From Nitrosopumilaceae archaeon (GTDB lineage: Archaea > Thermoproteota > Nitrososphaeria > Nitrososphaerales > Nitrosopumilaceae), in NCBI GenBank assembly GCA_965209085.1, contig OZ242376.1:704001-768000 (forward strand): 64,000 nucleotides of DNA, given 5' to 3'. The notes under the pieces are model-generated. The model worked only from the letters and a program-made list of their open reading frames with translations, had not been told where the DNA came from and made no database searches. Shown here in pieces: positions 53,841-64,000 of the stretch (positions within the stretch are counted from its first letter, which is position 1; every line of letters begins with the position of its first letter). Position numbers and translations under genes: made by a program.

Positions 53841-56657
53841 ATGAACAAAAACTTGCCAGTATTTGCATTCGGCATTCTTCTGATAGCATGCCTTGCTGGA
53901 AATGCGCATGCACAAACCATGGAACTTGCCAATAATGTTGTGATAAACGAGGTGGAAATCGGAGAGGATATGCAAAACGACTGGGTAGAGCTGTACAATC
54001 CAACAGATGAGACAGTAAACATTGGCGGCTGGATAATTACATCATTTGTACTGGGCGGTCCGCCTTTTACAATCCCACTTGATACAATGTTAAATCCTGG
54101 AGAATTTATCGTATATGAGCAGCACGGAGACTGGTTTTCATTTAATGCATCACTGCTGCAACTTCACGACGATGAGATACTTGTGGATTATTCTACACTA
54201 ATCGCTGATAGAGATCTTGATTCACAAACATGGTTTAGATCATATGATGGAGTACACGCCCCGAATGAAGGATATTGGAAGTATGGCAATTCCACAAAGA
54301 ATACATCAAACCACAATACAGACGATGATACCCCACAAGAGATTGAAATTAATACCGATCTTGATTTGTATTCGTTTGGAAATTCGGCACTGATAACTGG
54401 CACGGTTCCTGAAATTGCCGCGGATCCGAACTTTTATGGCGTTCCATCGTCTCTAACACTTGTTGTCTCTAGCCTTGACTTTGAGCGAACAATAAACCTA
54501 TACCCTGATAATAACAATCTTGGATTTACATACGATCTAAATCTGAATCCGGTATTGGGATTTAATGTCGGCACGTATACAATCAATGCCTCTTACGGAC
54601 AATTGTATGCTGTGACATCTTTTAATCTTGTAGAGGCACAAGAGGAACCTGCCCCCGTATCTGCAACAAAATTCCTCCAGATACAAACTGACGCCTCTGT
54701 TTACAATCCCGGTCAAACAGTAATGATGTCTGGTAGTACAAATGTGTATGTCCCATACAAGGCTGTCACGTATTCCATTATTGACCCAAATGGGAGTTTG
54801 TACAAATCCGGAACGCTGTTCCCAAGCGAGGATGGAACGTTTGCAGCTGATTTCCAGATTATACATCTAGATGCCCTGACTGGAATGTATCGTGTGACAT
54901 TTGAGTATTCAGTATATACAGCAGATCATACATTCGAGGTCGCAGAGGTGGACACCTCTGATAACCCAATTGACATATCATTTGACAAAAATGCATACGG
55001 TCTAAGTGATAAAGTAAAGATAACTGGAACCATAAACGATGTGGCACTAACCACCATTGAGATTGTAATACAGCAGATAACTTATGCGCCAGAATCACTT
55101 ACAATGCATCTTGACAAAGTATCTAATTCAATCCGTACGGTAAATTCAAAGGATTTCTCATACGAGTATCTCATACATGATAATACTGACCGACTGGGAA
55201 AATACAAAGTCACATTTACAAGCTCAGATATCCATGAAGAGAGAGTTTTTGCCGTAGTTTTGGATCCTGAAAATTATATCATAGATACAACGCCGTTCAC
55301 AATCGCCTCGGACATGCAGATATACAACGTGGGGGATGATATTACATTTACCGGAGTGATAAACGGAGAAAAAACCGACATTACTGGGGGGCAGGTTGTA
55401 ATAACAATGACGGATCCTGGCGGAAACAAACTCACCACGGCATCAGCAAAGGAAGGATCTGATCATGTAACTAAAACTGTCGATTATGCACTCACCGTCA
55501 TTCCAAACGGAGTTGGAGAATACACCATATCTGGCACACTGCACCGCTCTCTTTTCACCTCTGGCATATACGAGGCAACGGCAAACTATGCTGATAATCT
55601 GTACGTTGCAACCATGACATTTGAAGTGGTTGACCCGATACAGGACGGATCCCCGTTTGTACTGCATGTGGATAAGAGCATCCATGATGAAGGCTCGACT
55701 GTACTGATAACTGCAGAGGCGCCCGGACTTGAGCTTGGCAGCAAAGTTACAATTGAACTGCAAAAACCCGACGGTGAAATAGAATCATTTGAAATACTCT
55801 CAGATGAATCCTCCTTTGACTGGTCGTGGATCACGCCAAATCTGATTGATGATTCAAACCGCGGAGTGTACAGTGCCGCATTTACAAACAGACTGGGAAC
55901 AGAATCTGTAGAATTTACCGTGGGTGCAGAACCTGTAATGCAGCCTCTGAGTGTTGCAATAGATGCCAGTTTTGAATCCGGCAGCATTGCGAAAATAACT
56001 GGATTCACACCAGATGGTGGGCAATCTGTTGCAATTACCATACATGATGTAGAAAATTCTGAAAACATACTATACATGAATTCTGTTACAGCCGATGGAC
56101 AGGGCGCGTTTGCATTAGATATTCCTCTTGTATCAGCATTATGGGGTGAGGGATCTTACATGGTGAGCGCATCAAATGGGGATGAATCTGCAATTGCAGA
56201 ATTTGAATTACTCTCCGGGGCTGATGAGATACGGCATACTGCAAAGTTTCCAAACATACGCCAAACAAGCGTCATGATTGATACTGCCGCAATTGATCGT
56301 ACAGGGGAGGCATACCCTAGAATTATCCAAGGTACTTTGGTGGCAGGTCCCTACGGTACAGGGCAGGCTGCAGGAATATCCTTATCCACTCCAAGCGGCA
56401 TATGCATTGTAGGATATGATGATTCATGTATCGTACATGATATGACAGTGGTTACATCCGATGGTCCGTACGTAATAGCGGACGTTGATGGTACATCATA
56501 CAAAGTCCGGTACAGCGGTCCTGATGCAAACATTGAGACATTCACCGTACTTTCAGCATTTGCGGGCCAGGTTTTTGATGATTCATCATGGAATGCTGAA
56601 ATATATGATGCAGGATTGCCAACAAAATTCCATTATGAAATAACATACGTGGGATGA
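53841..56657 (+). CDS. Secreted lamin-tail-domain protein with tandem Ig-like domains
   Basis: Signal peptide, VVINEVE...DWVELYNPT...IGGW and repeated TD..Y..G..V.I.G domains. Confidence 0.88.
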   Translation: MNKNLPVFAFGILLIACLAGNAHAQTMELANNVVINEVEIGEDMQNDWVELYNPTDETVNIGGWIITSFVLGGPPFTIPLDTMLNPGEFIVYEQHGDWFSFNASLLQLHDDEILVDYSTLIADRDLDSQTWFRSYDGVHAPNEGYWKYGNSTKNTSNHNTDDDTPQEIEINTDLDLYSFGNSALITGTVPEIAADPNFYGVPSSLTLVVSSLDFERTINLYPDNNNLGFTYDLNLNPVLGFNVGTYTINASYGQLYAVTSFNLVEAQEEPAPVSATKFLQIQTDASVYNPGQTVMMSGSTNVYVPYKAVTYSIIDPNGSLYKSGTLFPSEDGTFAADFQIIHLDALTGMYRVTFEYSVYTADHTFEVAEVDTSDNPIDISFDKNAYGLSDKVKITGTINDVALTTIEIVIQQITYAPESLTMHLDKVSNSIRTVNSKDFSYEYLIHDNTDRLGKYKVTFTSSDIHEERVFAVVLDPENYIIDTTPFTIASDMQIYNVGDDITFTGVINGEKTDITGGQVVITMTDPGGNKLTTASAKEGSDHVTKTVDYALTVIPNGVGEYTISGTLHRSLFTSGIYEATANYADNLYVATMTFEVVDPIQDGSPFVLHVDKSIHDEGSTVLITAEAPGLELGSKVTIELQKPDGEIESFEILSDESSFDWSWITPNLIDDSNRGVYSAAFTNRLGTESVEFTVGAEPVMQPLSVAIDASFESGSIAKITGFTPDGGQSVAITIHDVENSENILYMNSVTADGQGAFALDIPLVSALWGEGSYMVSASNGDESAIAEFELLSGADEIRHTAKFPNIRQTSVMIDTAAIDRTGEAYPRIIQGTLVAGPYGTGQAAGISLSTPSGICIVGYDDSCIVHDMTVVTSDGPYVIADVDGTSYKVRYSGPDANIETFTVLSAFAGQVFDDSSWNAEIYDAGLPTKFHYEITYVG

Positions 56658-56780
56658 TCATATCATATGCTCCATCTTGCACAAATCATGCATAATATGG
56701 TGTACAATTTTACGTTAAATCCTGTCAGTCTTGATTATGCCTAACTAGACTTATTTAACGTGGTTTTTGAGCCTAAAGGC

Positions 56781-57887
56781 ATGGGCAGAATAAAATTCGG
56801 CATACAAAACGGGTTAAACATAGCGCGGGCCGGCTATTCTGAAGAGCAGATATTCACCTCGTGCATACTTGCCGATAGGGTAGGGTATGATTCCATATGG
56901 TATATGGATCATACCAACGTTCCACAATGGCCAAAGGCAACCGTGGTAGATCCCTGGGTGATGCTTCCGGCAATAGCTGCGCAGACACGACACGTGGAGC
57001 TTGGAACATGCGTTACTGATGCAATCCGGCGCCATCCATCAAACATTGCACTTGCAACTATAACACTTGATAGAATATCCGGAGGCCGGGCGATTCTTGG
57101 CATAGGAGCTGGAGAGGCGCAAAACCTCAAGGAATTTTGCATTCCGTTTGAAAAACCCGTTGGAAAGTGGGAAGAGCAGATACACGTAATCAAAAAATGT
57201 TTTGAATCATCCCCTGAAAATCCCGTCGATTACGAGGGCAAATACTATAAACTGGAAAAAGCATGTTTGCAGGCAAAATCTGTCAGAAAACCGCACCCTC
57301 CGATATACATGGCAGCTGGCGGCAAGCGCACGCTTGCAATGTGTGGAAAATACGGCGATGGGTGGCTGCCGATAGGATACACGCCGGAACTGTTTGAGGA
57401 TCACAAGTCGATTATAGAAAAATCCCGCAAGGAAAACAACAGAAACGATTCTGATTACGGGTATGGTTTGGATATAGACGTGTACTTTTCAGAGGATGCT
57501 GAAGCCTCGTGGGCAAGAATGAAGGAAGCTGTAAAGGTGAGCCTCTTTAAACCGGAAATACTGCGGGTTCACGGATTAAAAGAGATTGAAGGATTTGATT
57601 TTAGAAAATACTTTACAGAATATTCAATGTCCAATCAGGACTGGATTGTAAAGATGCGCGAGGCGGCAACAAAGATACCTGACATCATAGCGCGCTCTTC
57701 CGTTGCAGTCGGAACACCTGATGATGTAATTCCAGTATTTGAGCGGTTTATGAAATCTGGCGTCAACCACTTTGTCATACGGTTTTGGGGCAAAAACATC
57801 TTTGGCAGCATTGATTCGTTTGCAAGCAAGGTAATGCCATACTTGAAGGAAAAATCAGACCAGTGCGATACTGCCTTTAAGGATTAG
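56781..57887 (+). CDS. LLM-class flavin/F420-dependent oxidoreductase
   Basis: GYDSIWYMDH, DPW, LGTCVTD..RRHP and TLD.ISGGRAILGIGAG. Confidence 0.92.
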   Translation: MGRIKFGIQNGLNIARAGYSEEQIFTSCILADRVGYDSIWYMDHTNVPQWPKATVVDPWVMLPAIAAQTRHVELGTCVTDAIRRHPSNIALATITLDRISGGRAILGIGAGEAQNLKEFCIPFEKPVGKWEEQIHVIKKCFESSPENPVDYEGKYYKLEKACLQAKSVRKPHPPIYMAAGGKRTLAMCGKYGDGWLPIGYTPELFEDHKSIIEKSRKENNRNDSDYGYGLDIDVYFSEDAEASWARMKEAVKVSLFKPEILRVHGLKEIEGFDFRKYFTEYSMSNQDWIVKMREAATKIPDIIARSSVAVGTPDDVIPVFERFMKSGVNHFVIRFWGKNIFGSIDSFASKVMPYLKEKSDQCDTAFKD

Positions 57888-58110
57888 ATTGTGAGCTTTT
57901 TCTTGTATTCTCCTCAATGCGTTTGAGAATCTCGTATATATCGTCAATCTTTGAGATTTTTGTCTTTATCTCATCTAGTGCGCCATCTATGCTCTCGACA
58001 GATTCTGCAATCTCATCCAACGTATCTGCAATATCATCTAGCACATCCTCCTCTTCATCCTCATCCTCTTCATCTAATTCATCATCAATTTTCTCAATCT
58101 CATCTGGCAT
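57877..58110 (-). CDS. Small acidic coiled-coil protein
   Basis: D/E-rich N-terminus, heptad C-terminus and TATA-like ATAAATA upstream. Confidence 0.7.
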   Translation of the reverse strand: MPDEIEKIDDELDEEDEDEEEDVLDDIADTLDEIAESVESIDGALDEIKTKISKIDDIYEILKRIEENTRKSSQSNP

Positions 58111-58219
58111 GAATCAAATGCACCCATGATGTATTTATGACTGTTGTAAAAATTCAAAACCGCCCATGATCGCACATTTTGCATTTTATATTTATAACGC
58201 CATTTGAAAACCTGCACTG

Positions 58220-59887
58220 TTGAATTTACTAGAACACTTTCCAACAGGGTTTACACCAAGGGTTGCACAAAAGGAGATACTACAAGAGATCGGCGAATAT
58301 CTTGATTCTGGATATAAAAAAATCATACTCTCTGCACCCACCGGAATTGGAAAATCCCTTGTGGCAGTGGCATTGGCTCGATCGCTTGAAACCTCGTTTA
58401 TAGTTACAAATTCAAAACATCTGCAGGATCAATACGTGCAGGATATCCCATACCTTGTCTCAGTTAAGGGCAAGTCAAATTATGCGTGCCTTAAAATCAT
58501 GAAAAAACAGGGAATGGAGGGGGATAGGACAGGTGCAATACGCATGGGCATGACGTGCGAGAAAGGCGAATGCGTTGAAAATATAACAAAGAATGGAAAA
58601 AAAATACAGCAAAACTGCATGTATAAACCAACGATAAAAGAATACGCGGAGAAAAAATTCGAAGGTACGGTATGCCCGTATTACGAGCAAAAGTATTCCG
58701 GATTGATAGAGCCGCATTCGATATGGAATTACGCATCATACCTGCAGATAATGAAGTACAATCAGAAAAACTATGGGCATTATCTGAACAAACAGGTTGT
58801 CATATTTGATGAGGCGCACAAACTTGAGGATCAAATCGTGGATTTTGTGGGCGTGGATTTGTACGAGGGGGCGCTGCGCGAATGCCATATACAGCCTGAC
58901 GAGTTCAAGCTTGACGATATAGGTGAAATTATATCTTTGCTTGATTCAATGTGCAATCATTATGCAGCAGAACTGCGCCGCATGGAAGAATCCGGATTAG
59001 AGACTGAAGTTGAAAAACGCGCGCACGCTGAGTCGCGCTACAAATCACTGGCAAACTCTAAAACCGACATTGAAGAGTCAAAGGGTAATTTTGTCGTAAA
59101 CCGGCCGGAAACTGACGGGGATGGCAATTTTAAAAAAATCTCGGTAAAACCTGTGGCAATATCAAAATACATCCAGTCGTTCATACGGTCCCCGTACCAG
59201 TTTTTCATGTCAGCTACAATCTCAAAAAAACCATTTTGTGCAAATATCGGTCTTGATCCTGAAGAGGTGGCAATAGTGGACGTGCCCCACTCGCCATTCA
59301 AACCTGAAAACCGCCAGGTGGAATTTTGCAACACGCGCTGGCTAAGCTACAAAAGCGGCCCCGATGATGAGCTAGCGGTAATAAAAGAGATTGACCGTAT
59401 AATGAGCCATCATGCAAAAGAAAAAGGACTAATCCTAACCTCATCAAAGAACAGGTGCTATCAGATATTAAACAACCTCTCAGAGGAGAACTCGCAGCGC
59501 ATCATCGTATGCCATTCAAAAAACCCGGGGGGTAAAACGCAGGATGATATGATTAAAAAACACGCAGAGCCGGGAAATTCAGTCCTCTTATCATCCTCTT
59601 TGTGGGAGGGTGTGGATTTAAAAGATGATTTGTCCAGGTTTCAAATAATCGCAAAGGTCCCGTATCCAAACTCGACTGAAAACTGGGTGAAAAAAAAGAT
59701 GAACCTTTTTCCATTTTGGTACCGCTCTGTTGCCATGACAAAACTTTTGCAGGGGACCGGCAGATCCGTTCGCAACATGGATGATTGGGCAAAAACTTAC
59801 ATGCTTGATTCAAACATTGAGCACATGCTTTTGCACAACAAACATCTTGTCCCAAAAGCATACTGTGACATGCTAAATCTCGTTTAG
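58220..59887 (+). CDS. XPD/Rad3/DinG-family SF2 helicase
   Basis: APTGIGKS, KGKSNYAC...CPY, DEAH, MSAT, WEGVD and QGTGRSVR. Confidence 0.9.
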   Translation: MNLLEHFPTGFTPRVAQKEILQEIGEYLDSGYKKIILSAPTGIGKSLVAVALARSLETSFIVTNSKHLQDQYVQDIPYLVSVKGKSNYACLKIMKKQGMEGDRTGAIRMGMTCEKGECVENITKNGKKIQQNCMYKPTIKEYAEKKFEGTVCPYYEQKYSGLIEPHSIWNYASYLQIMKYNQKNYGHYLNKQVVIFDEAHKLEDQIVDFVGVDLYEGALRECHIQPDEFKLDDIGEIISLLDSMCNHYAAELRRMEESGLETEVEKRAHAESRYKSLANSKTDIEESKGNFVVNRPETDGDGNFKKISVKPVAISKYIQSFIRSPYQFFMSATISKKPFCANIGLDPEEVAIVDVPHSPFKPENRQVEFCNTRWLSYKSGPDDELAVIKEIDRIMSHHAKEKGLILTSSKNRCYQILNNLSEENSQRIIVCHSKNPGGKTQDDMIKKHAEPGNSVLLSSSLWEGVDLKDDLSRFQIIAKVPYPNSTENWVKKKMNLFPFWYRSVAMTKLLQGTGRSVRNMDDWAKTYMLDSNIEHMLLHNKHLVPKAYCDMLNLV

Positions 59888-59917
59888 GCTTTAAATTCTG
59901 CCATAATCTTATCACAC

Positions 59918-61867
59918 ATGATGCAGTCAAAGTATGAAATATTCTCTGAATTTGCACCTGCCGGTGATCAGCCGCAGGCCATAGCAAAGCTTCTCAAAGG
60001 TGAAAAGCGGGGAATTGCACAGACCCTTCTTGGCGTGACCGGCTCCGGAAAGACGTTTTCGATGGCAAATGTTATTGCAAAAACTGGTAAAAACGCACTA
60101 ATAATCTCACACAACAAGACTCTTGCAGCGCAACTGTACGCTGAATTAAAACAGTTTTTCCCAAAAAACAACGTTGGATACTTTGTATCATACTATGACT
60201 ATTACCAGCCGGAAAGTTACATGCCACAGTCTGACACGTATATAGAAAAAGACACGCAGATCAATGAAAAAATAGAGAGATTAAGACTGCAGGCTACTGC
60301 GATGATACTCTCAGGTCAGCCTACGATTATAATCTCAACTGTATCGTGCATTTACTCGCTTGGAAATCCAGAAGACTGGTATGATATGGCAATACGCCTC
60401 AAGGTGGGCCAAAATATCGATAGGATGCAGCTGGTAAAGGCGTTAATTGACGCCCGCTATGAGCGAAACGACACTGAAGTTGCGCCTGGAAAATTCAGAG
60501 TGAGGGGTGGGACAATTGATGTAACGGAGGCGTATTCGGAAGATGTCATACGCATAGTGCTGTATGAGGATGTGGTTGAATCAGTATCCAGACTTTATCA
60601 TCCAAGTATGAATGAGAAAGACTCGATTCAAAATGTGATAATATTTCCGGCAAAACACTATCTTGTAGCCAAAGATGTCAGAGGTAAAGCCGTAAAGTCT
60701 ATAAAAAAAGAGCTCAAAGAGTGCCTTGCAAAACTCCCAGAGCTTGAAAAGCAGAGGTTGAAGACTAGAACGGCGCACGATTTGGAGATGATTGAGGAGC
60801 TAGGATACTGTTCGGGAATTGAAAATTATTCGCGGCACTTTGATGGGCGCGCGCGGGGAGAAAAGGCGTTTTGTCTTTTGGATTTTTTCAAGTCTGAGAA
60901 CTTTATGCTAATTATTGATGAATCACACGTTACACTGCCTCAATTGAGGGCAATGTACAAGGGGGATCATTCAAGAAAAACACAGCTAATCGATTACGGA
61001 TTCCGGCTCCCAAGCGCGTACGATAATAGGCCATTGATGTTTGAAGAGTTTGAAGAGTATGCAAAATGTGCAATATTTGTCTCAGCTACTCCCGGCGAAT
61101 ATGAAAAATCACATTCGGGGCAGATTGTAGAGCAGTTGGTGCGCCCCACAGGTTTGGTTGACCCATCTGTTGAGGTGCGTCAAAGTGCCGGCCAGATGGA
61201 TGCACTTGTAAAGGATATTCAGGCGAGGGCAAAACGCAAAGAGCGCACCCTAGTTACCGTATTGACTAAAAGAATGGCCGAAGATGTAGCTGAATACCTC
61301 TCAAAGCGGGGCGTTGCAGTACGGTATATGCATTCAGAGATAGTCGGTTTGCAAAGAACGGAGCTGATTAGGCAGATGCGCCTTGGCGAATTTGATGCAA
61401 TGGTTGGAATAAACCTGCTCCGGGAGGGCCTTGACATCCCAGAGGTATCGCTTGTCTGCATACTAGATGCTGACAAGGAGGGATTTTTGCGCAACGCGAC
61501 AAGCCTCATACAGACGTTTGGGCGCGCCGCTAGAAATTCATCAGGTTCTGTCGTACTGTATGCAGATAAAATGACTGATTCAATAAAGACTGCAATATCT
61601 GAAACAAACAGACGCCGAATACGCCAAGAGGCATACAATAAGCGCCACAATATAACCCCATGTACAATAGTAAAGGCTGTCCCTGCCGGAGAGACAAGAC
61701 TTGATGAGGTGAAAAACATGTCGGTGCACGATTTGAATACCATGAGCATAACTTTGGATGCGCAGATGAAAGATTATGCGCATGATTTGGATTTTGAGCG
61801 GGCCATTGAATGCCGCGATAGAATAAAATCAATAGGCAGGGAGATTGAATACAAGAATGAAAAATGA
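59918..61867 (+). CDS. uvrB: Excinuclease ABC subunit B
   Basis: GVTGSGKT, HNKTLAAQL, YYDYYQPE, DESH and INLLREGLD. Confidence 0.97.
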   Translation: MMQSKYEIFSEFAPAGDQPQAIAKLLKGEKRGIAQTLLGVTGSGKTFSMANVIAKTGKNALIISHNKTLAAQLYAELKQFFPKNNVGYFVSYYDYYQPESYMPQSDTYIEKDTQINEKIERLRLQATAMILSGQPTIIISTVSCIYSLGNPEDWYDMAIRLKVGQNIDRMQLVKALIDARYERNDTEVAPGKFRVRGGTIDVTEAYSEDVIRIVLYEDVVESVSRLYHPSMNEKDSIQNVIIFPAKHYLVAKDVRGKAVKSIKKELKECLAKLPELEKQRLKTRTAHDLEMIEELGYCSGIENYSRHFDGRARGEKAFCLLDFFKSENFMLIIDESHVTLPQLRAMYKGDHSRKTQLIDYGFRLPSAYDNRPLMFEEFEEYAKCAIFVSATPGEYEKSHSGQIVEQLVRPTGLVDPSVEVRQSAGQMDALVKDIQARAKRKERTLVTVLTKRMAEDVAEYLSKRGVAVRYMHSEIVGLQRTELIRQMRLGEFDAMVGINLLREGLDIPEVSLVCILDADKEGFLRNATSLIQTFGRAARNSSGSVVLYADKMTDSIKTAISETNRRRIRQEAYNKRHNITPCTIVKAVPAGETRLDEVKNMSVHDLNTMSITLDAQMKDYAHDLDFERAIECRDRIKSIGREIEYKNEK

Positions 61868-64000
61868 TATTTTAAAGATAAGGGGTGCGCGGCAACACAA
61901 TCTTGCGGGAATCAACGTTGATTTGCCAAAAAACCGCATTGTTGTGATAACAGGATTATCCGGTTCCGGCAAATCCACGCTTGCATTTGATACAATTTAC
62001 GCTGAAGGGCAGCGCCGCTATGTTGAATCACTTTCAGCGTATGCTAGGCAATTCCTTGACATGATGGACAAGCCTGACCTTGATTCAATCGAAGGTTTGT
62101 CTCCGGCAATATCCATACAGCAAAAGACAACGAGCAAAAACCCGCGCTCAACTGTGGGGACCATTACTGAAATATACGACTATATGCGCCTGCTTTATGC
62201 GCGTGTGGGAAAAATGCACTGCCCAAAATGCAACCGCAGCATATCAAGTCAGTCAGTTGATGCAATATGCCTCTTAATTTTGCGTGATTTTGCCTCAAAG
62301 CCGATTGTAATCTTGTCCCCAATGGTGCGCCGTAAAAAAGGCACGCACGAGAAGATTTTTGAGAAAATGCGGCAGGATGGATACTCCAAAGTGCGCGTAA
62401 ATGGTGAAATTCTTGCATTAAATGATAAAATGGATGCACTTGACAGGCAAAAATGGCACAATATTGAGACCGTAGTTGATTCAATACGGGTGAATGTTGC
62501 GCAAAAACCGCGGCTCTTTGAGGCATTACAAACTGCATTATCTGCATCTGACGGATACGTTACAGTACTGTACAGTGAACATGAGACTGTATTTTCACAA
62601 AATAACGCATGCCCGCACTGTAACATTACCATAGGTGAGATGGAGCCTAGGGTGTTTTCATTCAACTCCCCCTTTGGAATGTGCCCCTCTTGCAGCGGGC
62701 TTGGGGTAAAGATGGAGTTTGATGCAGATCTTGTAATCCCGGACAAGTCAAAATCAATCCTTGATGGCGCCATTGTTCCATGGAATGGAAGGTTTGCATC
62801 ATTTCGCAGACAGTCTTTGCGTTCTGTTGGAAAAAAATTCGGATTTGACTTGATGACTTTGATATCGGATTTGAGTAAAAAACAGCTTGATGTGATTTTA
62901 TACGGTACTAAGACACTTGTGGATTTTAATTATGAATCACGCTCCGGCAGTACATGGGGGAGAACTGATTCCTTTGAGGGAGTCATTGCAAGTTTGCAGA
63001 GGCATTTTTCAGAGACTGAATCTGAATCAAAAAGAGAGTGGCTTGGCAGGTTTATGCGCGATACTCCGTGCATAAAGTGCAGGGGTAGAAAACTAAAACC
63101 TGAATCCTTGGCGGTAAGAATTGACAATATGGGGATAATGGATGTGTGCGATTTGTCGATAAACGCATGCTGGAAGTTTTTCAAAGAGATAAAACTCTCT
63201 AAAACTGAACAGTACATTGCAAAGGATGTATTCAAGGAGATACGCGCAAGACTTGATTTTCTCTTAAACGTCGGGTTGGGATATTTAACACTCAACCGGT
63301 CAAGTGCAACCCTCTCTGGCGGTGAATCACAAAGAATACGGCTTGCAACGCAGATTGGATCAAATCTTACAGGCGTACTGTACGTGCTTGATGAGCCTAC
63401 AGTAGGATTGCACCAGAGGGATAATGACCGTTTAATTTCAACACTTGAGAGGCTGCGGGATTTGGGAAATACCGTCATAGTTGTAGAGCATGATGAGGAG
63501 ATTATACGCAGCTCTGACTGGCTGCTTGATCTTGGACCCGGAGCCGGCGTTCACGGGGGTAAAGTGGTATTTGAGGGAACCCCATCGATGATTTTAAAAT
63601 CAAAAAAATCAATTACCGGCGCATACCTTGCAAAGAGGCTGAAAATTACACTAGATGGGAAGATACGCAAACAGTACGGCTGGCTAGAGGTGCACGGGGC
63701 ATCTGAGAACAATCTTAAAAATATAGACGTGAAATTTCCCCTTGGATTATTCACTGCCGTAACTGGAGTTTCCGGTTCTGGAAAATCCACCCTGGTAAAT
63801 CAGATATTATTGCAGGCAATGGCTGCGAAAATTTACAAATCACAAACAAGGCCGGGCAAACATGATAAAATCAAAGGGGCATCTGGCATTGACAAAGTTG
63901 TGGCAATAGATCAGTCCCCGATAGGGCGCACGCCCCGATCAAATCCGGCAACATACATTGGAGTCTTTGCCCCCATACGGGACCTGTATGCCTCAACTGA
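61857..64000 (+). CDS. uvrA: Excinuclease ABC subunit A, 3'-partial
   Basis: MKNDILKIRGARQHNL, TGLSGSGKS, LSGGESQRI, LDEP and TGVSGSGKS. It is open to the window end, so it is missing from the ORF track. Confidence 0.97.
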   Translation, partial: MKNDILKIRGARQHNLAGINVDLPKNRIVVITGLSGSGKSTLAFDTIYAEGQRRYVESLSAYARQFLDMMDKPDLDSIEGLSPAISIQQKTTSKNPRSTVGTITEIYDYMRLLYARVGKMHCPKCNRSISSQSVDAICLLILRDFASKPIVILSPMVRRKKGTHEKIFEKMRQDGYSKVRVNGEILALNDKMDALDRQKWHNIETVVDSIRVNVAQKPRLFEALQTALSASDGYVTVLYSEHETVFSQNNACPHCNITIGEMEPRVFSFNSPFGMCPSCSGLGVKMEFDADLVIPDKSKSILDGAIVPWNGRFASFRRQSLRSVGKKFGFDLMTLISDLSKKQLDVILYGTKTLVDFNYESRSGSTWGRTDSFEGVIASLQRHFSETESESKREWLGRFMRDTPCIKCRGRKLKPESLAVRIDNMGIMDVCDLSINACWKFFKEIKLSKTEQYIAKDVFKEIRARLDFLLNVGLGYLTLNRSSATLSGGESQRIRLATQIGSNLTGVLYVLDEPTVGLHQRDNDRLISTLERLRDLGNTVIVVEHDEEIIRSSDWLLDLGPGAGVHGGKVVFEGTPSMILKSKKSITGAYLAKRLKITLDGKIRKQYGWLEVHGASENNLKNIDVKFPLGLFTAVTGVSGSGKSTLVNQILLQAMAAKIYKSQTRPGKHDKIKGASGIDKVVAIDQSPIGRTPRSNPATYIGVFAPIRDLYAST

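Noticed and set aside
58220-64000. XPD/DinG helicase next to uvrB-uvrA as a new repair system
   Set aside because: UvrABC and such helicases are ordinary in this archaeal group, and adjacency alone is not evidence of a new system.

Overview
Archaeal DNA, most likely Nitrosopumilaceae (Thaumarchaeota). The evidence is TBP, type II MAP, DUF1512, an F420-type LLM oxidoreductase and tRNA-Pro without an encoded CCA. Serpins, a giant repeat protein and heavy IS decay suggest a host-associated lineage (inference). Bases 1-19206 are the 3' part of a >6400-aa surface protein with LVIVD-type propellers and Ig-like repeats. Bases 19.2-30 kb and 46.4-53.4 kb are nested IS stacks (IS110, IS630, IS3, IS5 IS903-like and ISL2-like, IS66, a 78-bp MITE), each holding one serpin gene. 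The rest is core genes (smc, tbp, map, glycosyltransferases, XPD/DinG helicase, uvrB, uvrA) plus a Doc toxin with an unannotated 30-aa partner. Three signals stand out. (1) Two IS110/IS1111-type right ends encode a two-loop bridge-type RNA with compensatory stems, and their variable guides are complementary to their own flanks. One guide matches 9/9 the TA duplication plus terminus of an IS630 element, suggesting an RNA-guided element that targets another transposon's end. (2) A 5.8-kb serpin-carrying unit bounded by a MITE end and an ISL2-like end (AAT duplication) sits inside a single IS903-like element (9-bp duplication). (3) A Ser->Asn protease relic is coupled to a proline-hinge serpin. 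All alignments were read by eye and no database searches were run.
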